Positions 1 to 8,823 of a stretch of 64,000 nucleotides of DNA are shown one piece after another. Origin of the DNA: an uncultured Caldilineaceae bacterium (lineage in GTDB: Bacteria > Chloroflexota > Anaerolineae > Caldilineales > Caldilineaceae); the NCBI GenBank assembly GCA_964467575.1, contig CAYXRG010000001.1:42652-106651 (forward strand), given 5' to 3'. Both the position numbers and the translations under genes were made by a program. The notes beneath the pieces are model-generated. The model ran no database searches. It was given only the letters and a program-made list of their open reading frames with translations, and was not told where the DNA came from. Numbering within the stretch: position 1 is the stretch's first letter; each line of letters opens with the position of its first letter.

Positions 1-137
1 AGCTTTTCCAGCCAATACCCGTCATGCTCGCCCGCGTCGATCAGCCTGGCGCTGATGGGGCGGTCCCGCGCGGGCAGGTCGCCCAGCAGCGCATACAAGC
101 GCTGGCGGACGGCGCTGCGGTCATTCTCATTTGGCAT
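1..137 (-). CDS. hypothetical protein, N-terminal fragment (gene runs off the left edge)
   Basis: There is a minus-strand ATG at 137, 55 nt downstream of the stop of the Mo-enzyme gene. The translation MPNENDRSAVRQRLYALLGDLPARDRPISARLIDAGEHDGYWLEKL stays open to position 1. Only 45 codons are visible and no diagnostic motif is present. Confidence 0.35.
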   Translation of the reverse strand, partial: MPNENDRSAVRQRLYALLGDLPARDRPISARLIDAGEHDGYWLEK

Positions 138-192
138 GTTGTCCGTCCTACTAGCGGTTGTTATCGATGTTGCTTTGAAACGGTTGCGCCGC

Positions 193-2466
193 CTAATTAC
201 CTTCAGCAGCCAGCGCAGCACGAACCCTATCGGGCTTCATCGGCAAGGCGGACATTCTGACCCCCGTCGCCCGACAGATGGCATTTGCCAAGGCTGCGGC
301 GGGCGGTACAATCGGAACTTCGCCTACGCCGCGCACGCCATAGGGATGCCCTGGATTGGATTTCTCCACCAGGATAGTGTCGATCATGGGCAGGTCGAGC
401 GCCGTGGGCAAGCGGTAGTCCAGCAACGACGCGTTCAGCAGATGCCCCTCGGCGTCATAGACGTATTCTTCGTTCAACGCCCAACCGATGCCTTGCGTCA
501 CGCCGCCCTGTATCTGCCCCTCAACATAGCTAGGGTGGATTGCCTTGCCCACGTCCTGCACGGCCGTATAGCGCAGGATGCTGATCTTGCCCGTGTCCGG
601 GTCTACTTCCACGTCGACGATGTGCGTGGCAAAACCAGGCCCGACGCCCGAAGGGCTAACGGATACGCTGGCGACGATCGGCACGTCGACGCTTGCCAGT
701 TCCTGAGCCGCCTCTCTGAATGTGGCGCGCCTTCCCTGGCAGGAGAACTGACCGCTCTCGAAAACGATCTCGTCAACGGAAACATCCCAGAGTTCCGCCA
801 GTTCCTCGCACATGCGCCGGCGCAGCCCTAATCCAAGTTCGTAAGCCGCATAGCCGGTGGCGAACGTGACGCGGCTGCCGCCCGTGCCGTCGTTGTACCC
901 CACGGAGTCAGTATCGACCACCCGCGGGTTGATGTCTTCGGCGGAGATGCCCAACGTCTCGGCAAGCTGCATGGCAATCGCGGCGCGGCTGCCGCCAATG
1001 TCGGTCGAACCCTCCAACAGGTTGACGCGCCCGTCCGGGTTCACGCTGGCCGACACGCTCGACTTGCCGCCGCCGTTGAACCAGAAGCCCGATGCCACAC
1101 CGCGCCCGCGATTCTTGCCCTCCAAGGGCGTGCGATAGTGTGCGCTGTTCATCGCCGCTTCGACCGTCTCGAGGAATCCGATGCGCGGGTAGACGGGACC
1201 GTCTGGCCGGCGATCTCCCTCAACAGCGGCATTCAACCGCCGAAACTCCAGCGGGTCCATGTCCAGGCGTTCAGCCAATTCATCGATGACCGATTCAGAT
1301 GCGAACGCCGCGTTTGTTCCGCCCGGCGCCCGATAGGCCGCCGCCTGAGGCCGGTTCACCACCACGTCATACCCGTCGATCAGCACATTGGCGATTCTAT
1401 ATGGGGCCAGGATCACGCCCGCTGCCGCGCCGACGGGTGAACCGGGATAGGCGCCCGCTTCGTAGACCAGTTCCGCTTCTGCCGCGGTGATCCTGCCGTC
1501 TTTCTTCGCCCCAATTTTTACTCGGATGTAGGAGCCAGATGTCGGGCCTGTCGCCTGCAGCACCTCCATGCGCGAGAGCGCGATCTTGACAGGCCGGTGA
1601 CCCGCTTTGCGCGAAAGAAGCGCCGCGGGCACGTCCGTATACGCCGTGAACTTGCCGCCGAAGCCGCCGCCGATCTCCATCGGCGTCACGCGAATCATTG
1701 ATACCGGTATGCCCAACATCTCCGACACCTGGTCGCGGATCTGCCACGGCCCTTGCGTGCTCGTCCATACCTCGATCCGCCCGTCCTCATGGGCTAAAAC
1801 CGTGGAGGACTGTGGTTCAATATAGCCCTGATGCACGGTCTCTGTCCGGAACTCGCGCTCGACGATGACGTCAGCCTCGGAAAACCCTATCGCCACATCG
1901 CCCCGTTGATGGCGAAGGTGCTCCGCCACGTTCGTGGGAACGTCGCCCTTCTTGCCCATCTCATCGGTGCGCAGATCGTCCAGCAAGATCGGCGCGTCGG
2001 GTCGTATGGCCTCCCTGCCGTCGAGCACGACGGGCAGGAGCTCGTAATCTACCTTGATCAGCTTCAAGGCCTCTTCTGCCACGTGCACGTTCACCGCCGC
2101 CACAGCCGCCACCGCATGGCCGTGGTACCGCACTTTCTCATGTGCCAATATGTTCGAGGCGAGATAACGCAGATTGACCGAGTCTTCGCCCATCTCCTCG
2201 ATCTTGTCGGCGACAGTCGCCATGTCCTTGGCCGTGACCACGGCGTAGACGCCAGGAAGGGCCTCCGCCTCGCTGGCGTCGATCGATCGGATGCGCGCAT
2301 GGGCGTGCGGGCTGCGCAATATCTTGCCGTGCAGCATATTGGACAGATACGCGTCGTTGGCGAACTTAGCGCGCCCAGTCACCTTATCCTCGCCGTCGTG
2401 GCGGATCGGGCGCGTGCCGATAACCGTGAAGTCCTGCGCGCCCGCTGTTTTCGTCGTTTCAATCAT
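193..2466 (-). CDS. xanthine dehydrogenase / aldehyde oxidase / CoxL-family molybdopterin-binding large subunit
   Basis: 757-aa ORF. The N-terminus GTRPIRHDGEDKVTGRAKFANDAYLSNMLHGKILRSPHAHARI is the canonical a/b-hammerhead start of this family. An internal MEIGGGFGGK motif is present and the length is typical. Confidence 0.9.
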   Translation of the reverse strand: MIETTKTAGAQDFTVIGTRPIRHDGEDKVTGRAKFANDAYLSNMLHGKILRSPHAHARIRSIDASEAEALPGVYAVVTAKDMATVADKIEEMGEDSVNLRYLASNILAHEKVRYHGHAVAAVAAVNVHVAEEALKLIKVDYELLPVVLDGREAIRPDAPILLDDLRTDEMGKKGDVPTNVAEHLRHQRGDVAIGFSEADVIVEREFRTETVHQGYIEPQSSTVLAHEDGRIEVWTSTQGPWQIRDQVSEMLGIPVSMIRVTPMEIGGGFGGKFTAYTDVPAALLSRKAGHRPVKIALSRMEVLQATGPTSGSYIRVKIGAKKDGRITAAEAELVYEAGAYPGSPVGAAAGVILAPYRIANVLIDGYDVVVNRPQAAAYRAPGGTNAAFASESVIDELAERLDMDPLEFRRLNAAVEGDRRPDGPVYPRIGFLETVEAAMNSAHYRTPLEGKNRGRGVASGFWFNGGGKSSVSASVNPDGRVNLLEGSTDIGGSRAAIAMQLAETLGISAEDINPRVVDTDSVGYNDGTGGSRVTFATGYAAYELGLGLRRRMCEELAELWDVSVDEIVFESGQFSCQGRRATFREAAQELASVDVPIVASVSVSPSGVGPGFATHIVDVEVDPDTGKISILRYTAVQDVGKAIHPSYVEGQIQGGVTQGIGWALNEEYVYDAEGHLLNASLLDYRLPTALDLPMIDTILVEKSNPGHPYGVRGVGEVPIVPPAAALANAICRATGVRMSALPMKPDRVRAALAAEGN

Positions 2467-2627
2467 GTGCGCTTTCCCCTAAGTCTACGCAAAATCCTAG
2501 GCCGGGTCGCCTTCGACGTCCAATCAGCGCCCGGAGTAACCGACTGTACAAAACGGAAACAAGGTTAGCACAGAATCGGCCTCCGGCAAAGGACGATTTT
2601 ACGTTCCCGGGCCGGCCTCTAGGCGCG

Positions 2628-2665
2628 CAAGCGGACGCCATGCCGTAAGCTATGGCGTCCGCTTG
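2628..2665 (-). terminator. perfect 14-bp inverted repeat (CAAGCGGACGCCAT, 10-nt loop, ATGGCGTCCGCTTG) downstream of the SDR gene
   Basis: Arms at 2628-2641 and 2652-2665 were read directly. The element lies 52 nt after the SDR stop on the minus strand. No clear U-tract follows, so it may be a terminator or an RNA-stabilising hairpin. Confidence 0.4.
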
Positions 2666-2716
2666 TCCCTACCCCTGCACAGGCAAGCCGGCGAAACAAC
2701 TTGCTCAGTCTTTTCG

Positions 2717-3505
2717 CTACTTCTCGTTCGTATTCCGATTCCGGCCGATCACCGAGTACTGCTCCACCTCATAAACGGCGCCGCTTACAGGCTTCGACAT
2801 GTCTGACAGCCAGAACGCCACATGAGCCGCCACTTCCTCGGGGATCAGTAGCCGCCCTGTCGGCGCAAAAGCCTTGGGTACGTTTTTCTCCCAACCCTTG
2901 GGACGCCCCTCGCTCTCCTGCAGTGCGATCTCGTTGGGCGAGGTTACCCAGCCCACATTGAGATGATTGATGCGAACGCCTTCCTCGGCGAGCGCATTGG
3001 CAAGGTTCCGGCTCATCGTGGCAAGCCCGCCCTTCGAGACGGAATAGGGCAGCAGATAGGCTGCGCCCGCCAAAGCGTTGACCGAGCCGATGTTGACCAC
3101 AGCCCCGCCGCCCTGCTTGCGGAAGGTTGGCAGCGCACGGCGGATGATCAACAACGGCGCACGGGTGTTCACGGCTATCATACGGTCGAACTTTTCGGCG
3201 TCCGTCTCATCGATACGGCTACGCCAGGTCAGCGCCGCGTTGTTGGCAATGCCGTCGATGCGGCCGAAACGTTCAACCGTCGCGTCGACAACCCGCTCGC
3301 ACACCGCCGGGTCGCCTACGTCTCCCAGCACACAAGCAGCGTTCTCGCCTAGGTCTGCGACCAGAGCGTTGGCGCGAGCCTCATCGCGGCCATGCACCAT
3401 CACCTTGGCGCCCTCCGCAATACATCGTCGCGCCGTCGCCTCTCCAATCCCGGTTGTCGAACCGGTCACCAGGATCACTTTCCCCTCTAACAACAGCCCA
3501 GCCAT
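2717..3505 (-). CDS. SDR-family short-chain dehydrogenase/reductase
   Basis: TGSTTGIGEATARR (TGxxxGxG) cofactor motif and YSVSKGG (YxxxK) catalytic motif. Length is 262 aa. Confidence 0.9.
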   Translation of the reverse strand: MAGLLLEGKVILVTGSTTGIGEATARRCIAEGAKVMVHGRDEARANALVADLGENAACVLGDVGDPAVCERVVDATVERFGRIDGIANNAALTWRSRIDETDAEKFDRMIAVNTRAPLLIIRRALPTFRKQGGGAVVNIGSVNALAGAAYLLPYSVSKGGLATMSRNLANALAEEGVRINHLNVGWVTSPNEIALQESEGRPKGWEKNVPKAFAPTGRLLIPEEVAAHVAFWLSDMSKPVSGAVYEVEQYSVIGRNRNTNEK

Positions 3506-3519
3506 TTTTCCCGCCTCCG

Positions 3520-4542
3520 CTAGTTGGTCTCGTATTGCGGTTCAATCCATGCCCCAGCCCGTGCGCTCTGGTAGATTGCCTCCATCGCCGCGCTGCGGTC
3601 GGCAGCCTCCCTCGCCGCGACCAACGCCACGCCCGACGTTCCATTGACGGCGTCTAGGAATAGTTCGAAAGCATGTGGCCACGCCGCGGGCAGGTCGCGC
3701 CAAGGCGACTCGCCATCGGCGCCGTGGACCGTCTTACTCGTAAAGAATACCTCGCCGCGCCGCACATAGGCATAGCCCTCCGTCCCGCTGATCACCAGCG
3801 TGATCGGGTTGGCAACGTCGACCCAGCCCGCAGCCAGGCTTCCGACTGCACCGTTATCGAATTCGAGCAACGCCTCGCCATATTCGTCGCAGTCGCCGTA
3901 TCGTCCGAGCGCTGTGTGAATACTGCCGGTGACGCGCTGCGCCGGACCAAGCAGCCACATCATGATATCAAGCGCATGAGTCCCTAAATCCCCAAATGCG
4001 CCGGAACCAGCTTGCTCCGGATCGGTCATCCATGTCCATTCAGGCGTAAACCAGTCCTCCAGCGCAGCGGCATGGCAATTGCTCATGCGCAGCCGCGTCA
4101 CCTGGCCGAACCCGCCTTGACGGATCTGTTGCCGGATGAATTGGTGGGCGGGCAGCCCGCGCTGGAAATAGCCGGTCTGGAACAACACGCCCGCTTGTTC
4201 GATGGTTCGCGCCATGCGGTAGGCGTCCGCTCCTCCCATCCCAAGCGGCTTCTCGACAAACATATGCTTGCCCGCCTCGGCTGCCGCCTTTGTCAGCGAC
4301 TCATGCCGGTCAGTCTCTGAGCAGATGACGACTGCCGCGATCTCAGGATCAGCCCAGATCGCTTCCGCCGAGGCCACAGTTTGGGCGCCCAGTTCGCTCG
4401 CCCAGCGTGCGGCGCGAGCGACATCGTGATCCCAGACTTTGCCGATCTGTACATCGCTGCGCGCCTGCAAGCGCTTTACGAAGCCGGGGGTATGTATATG
4501 TGCGCCGCCTACCAGCGCAATGGTTGTTGCCTGCATAGTCAC
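3520..4542 (-). CDS. Gfo/Idh/MocA-family NAD(P)-dependent oxidoreductase
   Basis: N-terminal Rossmann segment IALVGGAHIH, conserved FVEKPLG (EKP) motif, and typical C-terminal alpha/beta domain length (340 aa). Confidence 0.9.
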   Translation of the reverse strand: MTMQATTIALVGGAHIHTPGFVKRLQARSDVQIGKVWDHDVARAARWASELGAQTVASAEAIWADPEIAAVVICSETDRHESLTKAAAEAGKHMFVEKPLGMGGADAYRMARTIEQAGVLFQTGYFQRGLPAHQFIRQQIRQGGFGQVTRLRMSNCHAAALEDWFTPEWTWMTDPEQAGSGAFGDLGTHALDIMMWLLGPAQRVTGSIHTALGRYGDCDEYGEALLEFDNGAVGSLAAGWVDVANPITLVISGTEGYAYVRRGEVFFTSKTVHGADGESPWRDLPAAWPHAFELFLDAVNGTSGVALVAAREAADRSAAMEAIYQSARAGAWIEPQYETN

Positions 4543-4549
4543 CTTCTGT

Positions 4550-5512
4550 TCAATTGGCCGTTAAGCGCCTGCCGGTTTGACCTGCGGAATCTAAGCCGGC
4601 CTCACGCCAAACGGAGTGAACAGCCTCGGCAGTCTCGCGCACCGCATCCTCTGGCGTCATCTCGCTCAGGCGCCGGCTAAACGGCTCGGCTGTCACCGGC
4701 CCGTCATAACCGATTTGGTGCAGCGCCTGGAGGAAGCCGGTGATGTCCAACAGTCCCGTTTCGCCCGGCAGAGCGCGAACGTTATCCAGTTGCTCATCCG
4801 GCCCGAGGTGTTTCGGCGCATCATTGATGTGGACAGTTACCACATCGGCGTTGCTCAACTCCAATACGTCCGCACTCTGCCCGTGCGATGTGTAGAGGTG
4901 GAAGATATCCAGCAGCAGGCCGACATTGCCCGTCCCCACCGCAGCGGCGAACGCCAACATGCCGTCCATGGTGTGGATGAACGTATACTTCCTGGGGTTG
5001 CGCAGGGTCTTCGGTCCGATGAACTCAAGCCCGATCCGGCAGCCATAGTCGTCCAAAATCTCGGCGGCAGGCCGCAGCCTTCCGAGCAGGTGCTTGAACT
5101 GCTCGCCATAGTCGCGGTCGTCATACCCCGGCAATACCCAGGTCGCAGTGCGCGGGCAGCCCAACTCGCTCGCCAACTTAGCCAGTGCCGGCAGTTTACC
5201 GATGCCTTCCTTCCAGGTCGCCTCGTCCTTGCGATACTCGACAGGAAAGCCCCAAGAACCAGGGCGGATCCCGGCTTCCGAAAAGAGATCTCGCACATAC
5301 TGCACGCCATGCTTAGCGGCAAGTTGAGCGGCCTCCTCGATCGAGAAATCGGCGCCGGCGAAGCCGTGGCGCTTGGCATAGTCGATGGTCTCCGGCAGGG
5401 TGGCGCGCACGCCGATCACGCCGGTATTTAGATTCGTAAACATAAAAGCGGCTGCTCTTTCTTGTCCAAAAAGTCGAGTGGCTAGGTTTTCCGCCGTCAG
5501 TCCAGTTGCCAC
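4550..5512 (-). CDS. sugar phosphate isomerase/epimerase (xylose-isomerase-like TIM barrel)
   Basis: Family-typical pattern: AKRHGFAG, GLEFIGP, HLYTSH, VHINDAP and TAEPF. The GTG start at 5512 overlaps the upstream gene by 16 nt. An ATG at 5443 (MFTNLNTGVIGV...) is an equally plausible start. Confidence 0.8.
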   Translation of the reverse strand: MATGLTAENLATRLFGQERAAAFMFTNLNTGVIGVRATLPETIDYAKRHGFAGADFSIEEAAQLAAKHGVQYVRDLFSEAGIRPGSWGFPVEYRKDEATWKEGIGKLPALAKLASELGCPRTATWVLPGYDDRDYGEQFKHLLGRLRPAAEILDDYGCRIGLEFIGPKTLRNPRKYTFIHTMDGMLAFAAAVGTGNVGLLLDIFHLYTSHGQSADVLELSNADVVTVHINDAPKHLGPDEQLDNVRALPGETGLLDITGFLQALHQIGYDGPVTAEPFSRRLSEMTPEDAVRETAEAVHSVWREAGLDSAGQTGRRLTAN

Positions 5513-6807
5513 GGGCTGATCATATTGCCCGCAGGCCCGAAACTGAGCGGAACTTCTTCGATGATCTCCAGGCGCGGGTGCTCTTGGACTGCCTGTCGCA
5601 GGTTAGGGCTCACCCACAGCCTATCTACGGCCAACGTGTCGTTGATAAAGACGAGCCGTGCATCGGCGGCGGAACGTGCGCAGCCGCGCATTGTCACCTG
5701 CAGGGCGCGGCGATCATCCGCCATCGTGATCGGCACGCTCGACCGGAACATGCCGAAGATGCCCGACGTAACCGCGTTGGTGTAAGTGGCTGTCCAGTCA
5801 GTCTTCTCGACCACGCGCGCGGTTGTCACATTGGCAAGCCCAATCCCGGATGCATTGCCGTGCGTCTCTTCCGTCAGATCAAGCACAGCGATCACGGCAA
5901 CGTCGATAGTACCGAAGTGTTCCGGCTGGCGGGGGATCATCAGGCGGCTGACGATGTTGGTGTCCATGCCAGTCCCGCTGATGTCTTTGCCGATCTCTCG
6001 TAAGACGAGCACGTCTATCTCCGGAAAGGGCAGGCTCGCCATCAACGACTTGGCCTTCTCCAGCAGTTCAACTTCGCGCGCTGTACCTACTTCAGCCGCC
6101 GTTAGTCCGACGATCTCAGCGGTCTCGTCATAGGCATTCTCGATCAAGCAGATTGCGCCGGCAAAGTTCGTATTCTGTTCATAGACGCGCGCCGCCGGCT
6201 CCAGATAGCGCTGGAAGTTGGCCCCGCCGCCGGCATGCATCATGATGGCGCCGGCCTGTTTGCCCAGCCCGATCACGCACATCTTGGATGGGCCGCTCTC
6301 CAGGTGGCTGCGGAAATCGGTGTGTGGCTTGATCCGGCTGACAAGCACCGTGTGGTCCGCCGCCATCGAGTCCACGCCCTGGCACAGCGGCGGCCCGTCG
6401 GGTATGCGCCCGATCTCCTTAACCTCCATCGTCGCTTCGATGCGAACGCCGATCGACGCCTCGGTCACGCCGAGTTGGGCCAACATCTCGATCTGCCCCG
6501 GAGCTGTTGCGCCGCCGTGACTGCCCATCGCCGGCGCCACGTAAGGCTGCATCCCAGCCGCTTTCAGACGGTCTACGACGGAACGCACGATCACAGGCAG
6601 GTTGGCGATGCCACGGCTGCCAACGCCCACGGCGACGCTGTCGCCCGCTTTCATGCGCTCCAAGATGCCGGAGCTATCCAACGCCTGAGCAGCCGCAGCC
6701 GCCACATCCTCGACCTTTGGCGCATCGAAGCGCTGGTGTACGGCAAGCAACCTCTCCGGCAGTTGCGCCGGAAATTCTAGCGCCTGAATCTCTTCAAGAA
6801 GCTTCAT
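5497..6807 (-). CDS. LarA-like (DUF2088, lactate-racemase N-terminal domain) protein
   Basis: 436 aa. The pattern GDSVAVGVGSRGIANLP...APAMGSHGG resembles the LarA_N fold signature (DxTR...GxHR region) but is divergent. The assignment is by pattern memory only. Confidence 0.5.
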   Translation of the reverse strand: MKLLEEIQALEFPAQLPERLLAVHQRFDAPKVEDVAAAAAQALDSSGILERMKAGDSVAVGVGSRGIANLPVIVRSVVDRLKAAGMQPYVAPAMGSHGGATAPGQIEMLAQLGVTEASIGVRIEATMEVKEIGRIPDGPPLCQGVDSMAADHTVLVSRIKPHTDFRSHLESGPSKMCVIGLGKQAGAIMMHAGGGANFQRYLEPAARVYEQNTNFAGAICLIENAYDETAEIVGLTAAEVGTAREVELLEKAKSLMASLPFPEIDVLVLREIGKDISGTGMDTNIVSRLMIPRQPEHFGTIDVAVIAVLDLTEETHGNASGIGLANVTTARVVEKTDWTATYTNAVTSGIFGMFRSSVPITMADDRRALQVTMRGCARSAADARLVFINDTLAVDRLWVSPNLRQAVQEHPRLEIIEEVPLSFGPAGNMISPWQLD

Positions 6808-6871
6808 CGATCACTATCTCCCCCGCCAGAAACGGTGTCCTGACCGATTGCCAGGATTCCCCTTATATCTA

Positions 6872-7570
6872 TCACTTGCCCTTTACACGCACGACGATCT
6901 CGCGCAGAATCGACTCGAAATCGTCGCTCGCCGCTTTGAATTCGCTGCCGCTGATCACCAACGGCGCACCGAAGACTACGATTTCAGCCCCCATATCCAG
7001 CGTCTGGATAGCCTGCTCGACCGTCAATCCGCCGACTGCTTGCACCGGAATGTCGACCGCATCTAGAACCGGTCCGAGGTCATCTAGCGGGCTTAACCCC
7101 TGTATCATGTTGCGCTCGTCGAAGCCGGTGTGCACGATGATGTAATCGACGCCCAACTCCTGCGCCTCGCGCGCCCGCTTCGGCTTGTCCGGGCAGAGCA
7201 TGACATCGCACATCACCTTGCCGCCATATTGGCGCGCCATCTTCACCTGCTCGATGATGCTGGCGTCGTGCGCCTGTCCCATGACGACGGTCATGTTGGC
7301 GCCCGCCTTGAACATCATCTCCGCTTCCAGCCCTGCGCCGTCCATCGTCTTGAGGTCGGCCACGATGGGCGCATCGGGGAAGGCCTCACGCATGGCTTTC
7401 ACGCAGCGCAAGCCCTCTGCCAGGATGAGCGGAGTGCCCGCTTCCAGCCAATCCACGCCCGCTCTCACCGCGGCGTGGGCCAAGTCCATCGCCTCTTCAA
7501 GAGTCGTCACATCCAGAGAGACTTGAATAATCCCGCCGCTCTTCGCCACTTTGGCGTCCTCCTCTTTCAA
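6872..7570 (-). CDS. 3-hexulose-6-phosphate synthase / 3-keto-L-gulonate-6-P decarboxylase-like (OMP decarboxylase suprafamily)
   Basis: IQVSLDVTTLEEAMDLA...DWLEAGTPL...IVADLKTMDGAG...IVHTGFDE is the classic HPS/KGPDC (beta/alpha)8 pattern. Length is 232 aa. Confidence 0.75.
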   Translation of the reverse strand: MKEEDAKVAKSGGIIQVSLDVTTLEEAMDLAHAAVRAGVDWLEAGTPLILAEGLRCVKAMREAFPDAPIVADLKTMDGAGLEAEMMFKAGANMTVVMGQAHDASIIEQVKMARQYGGKVMCDVMLCPDKPKRAREAQELGVDYIIVHTGFDERNMIQGLSPLDDLGPVLDAVDIPVQAVGGLTVEQAIQTLDMGAEIVVFGAPLVISGSEFKAASDDFESILREIVVRVKGK

Positions 7571-7603
7571 ATAGGGTTTAGAATCGATATGAGTTATGTT
7601 GCG

Positions 7604-8644
7604 TTAGATTGTAAGCACCGACTTGACGTTGGCGCCTTCTTCCATCCGCGTGAAGGCCTCCTCCCAGTCGGCAAGATCATACACGCCGCCGATTACAGGC
7701 TTTAGGTTCACCTGACCCGTCGAAAGCAGAGTGAGCACGCGCTCCCAGGTGGGATAGGTATGGCTGAACGTGCCCTGCAACGTCACGGCCTTGCCAACCA
7801 GCGGGTCCAGATTGAAGTCGAGCGGTTGCGGCCCCCAGCCGATCTTGGTGATGCGGCCGTTGGGACGCACCAATTCGAGCGATTGCTTCAGGGCGCGGCT
7901 CACGCCCGTGCAGTCCACTACTAGGTCTGCTCCGTAGCCGTCGCCCAGCGAACGAACGAGTTTGCCTGCATCCTCATGTTGTATGTTCACCGTATGGTGC
8001 GCGCCAAGCTCCGCCGCCACCTCCAGCCGATGAGCGTCTACATCCGTACCGAGCATGACGATTGTGCCCGCCCCGCGCAGCCGTACAATCTGGAGCGCCA
8101 TAATGCCGATCGGCCCAGGCCCCTGGATCACAACCAGATCGCCCGGCTTCATCGCCGTCTTTTCAACCAGCGCGTTGTAGGCGACGCAGATCGGTTCGGT
8201 CAGCGCAGCATGTTCAAATGGCACATTGTCGGGAATGTGGTGCAGTATTTCGGGTCGAGCCAGAACCCGGTTCGTGAATGCCCCGTCGGCCAGGGCGCCA
8301 TAACCGAGACGATGCGGGCAAAGATTGTAGTTGCCGCTGAGACAATACACGCACTGTCCGCAGACCTCCGCCGCCGTCTCACACGCCACCCGATCCCCAA
8401 CGTTCCAACCGGTGACGCCCTCGCCCACATCGGCCACAACACCGCAGAACTCGTGGCCCAGAACCAGCGGCAGTTTGATCTCCCAACTATGCGATTGGCG
8501 CCACATATGCAGGTCGCTGCCGCAGACGCCTGCGGCCTTAACGTCAATCAGCACGCGGCCCGGCTGTACCGACGGTTCCGGCTGCTCGCGCACCTCGACT
8601 TCACCGTTGCGGCTGCCGTACTTAACCAGTGCTCGCATGTCCAT
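7604..8644 (-). CDS. zinc-dependent medium-chain alcohol/polyol dehydrogenase (sorbitol/threonine dehydrogenase-like)
   Basis: Catalytic Zn ligands are present (CGSDLH and GHEFCGVV). The structural Zn motif CGQCVYCLSGNYNLC and the GPGPIG Rossmann motif are also present. Confidence 0.9.
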   Translation of the reverse strand: MDMRALVKYGSRNGEVEVREQPEPSVQPGRVLIDVKAAGVCGSDLHMWRQSHSWEIKLPLVLGHEFCGVVADVGEGVTGWNVGDRVACETAAEVCGQCVYCLSGNYNLCPHRLGYGALADGAFTNRVLARPEILHHIPDNVPFEHAALTEPICVAYNALVEKTAMKPGDLVVIQGPGPIGIMALQIVRLRGAGTIVMLGTDVDAHRLEVAAELGAHHTVNIQHEDAGKLVRSLGDGYGADLVVDCTGVSRALKQSLELVRPNGRITKIGWGPQPLDFNLDPLVGKAVTLQGTFSHTYPTWERVLTLLSTGQVNLKPVIGGVYDLADWEEAFTRMEEGANVKSVLTI

Positions 8645-8794
8645 GCTCCTTCGGGTTCTGGTTCAATGATGGGGGTGGGGCATATGCACCCATATGGCTC
8701 AATGGTTCCATTATTCGTTCGTTTTGTCAACTGCTCCGGCCTCTCTAGAATGCTGCAACCCGAAACGTGAAAGGAAGTGGAGCAGAAATTCCAT

Positions 8795-8823
8795 TTGACA
8801 CCGGTTCAGAATCGCACTATGAT
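8795..8823 (+). promoter_or_regulatory. candidate sigma-70-type promoter (TTGACA, 17-nt spacer, TATGAT)
   Basis: TTGACA at 8795-8800, a 17-nt spacer, and TATGAT at 8818-8823, in the low-GC divergent intergenic region. This would give a leader of about 340 nt before the ABC binding-protein gene. Confidence 0.35.

Noticed and set aside
55-831. Long plus-strand ORF (258 aa) and many similar long ORFs antisense to called genes, for example 1831-2568, 4616-5431, 33125-33934, 45194-46090, 50007-51182 and 57356-58018.
   Set aside because: All lie fully inside much longer ORFs on the opposite strand that have clear family motifs. Their translations are Arg/Ala/Pro/Gly-rich with no recognisable motifs. 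This is the usual shadow-ORF artefact of high-GC DNA.
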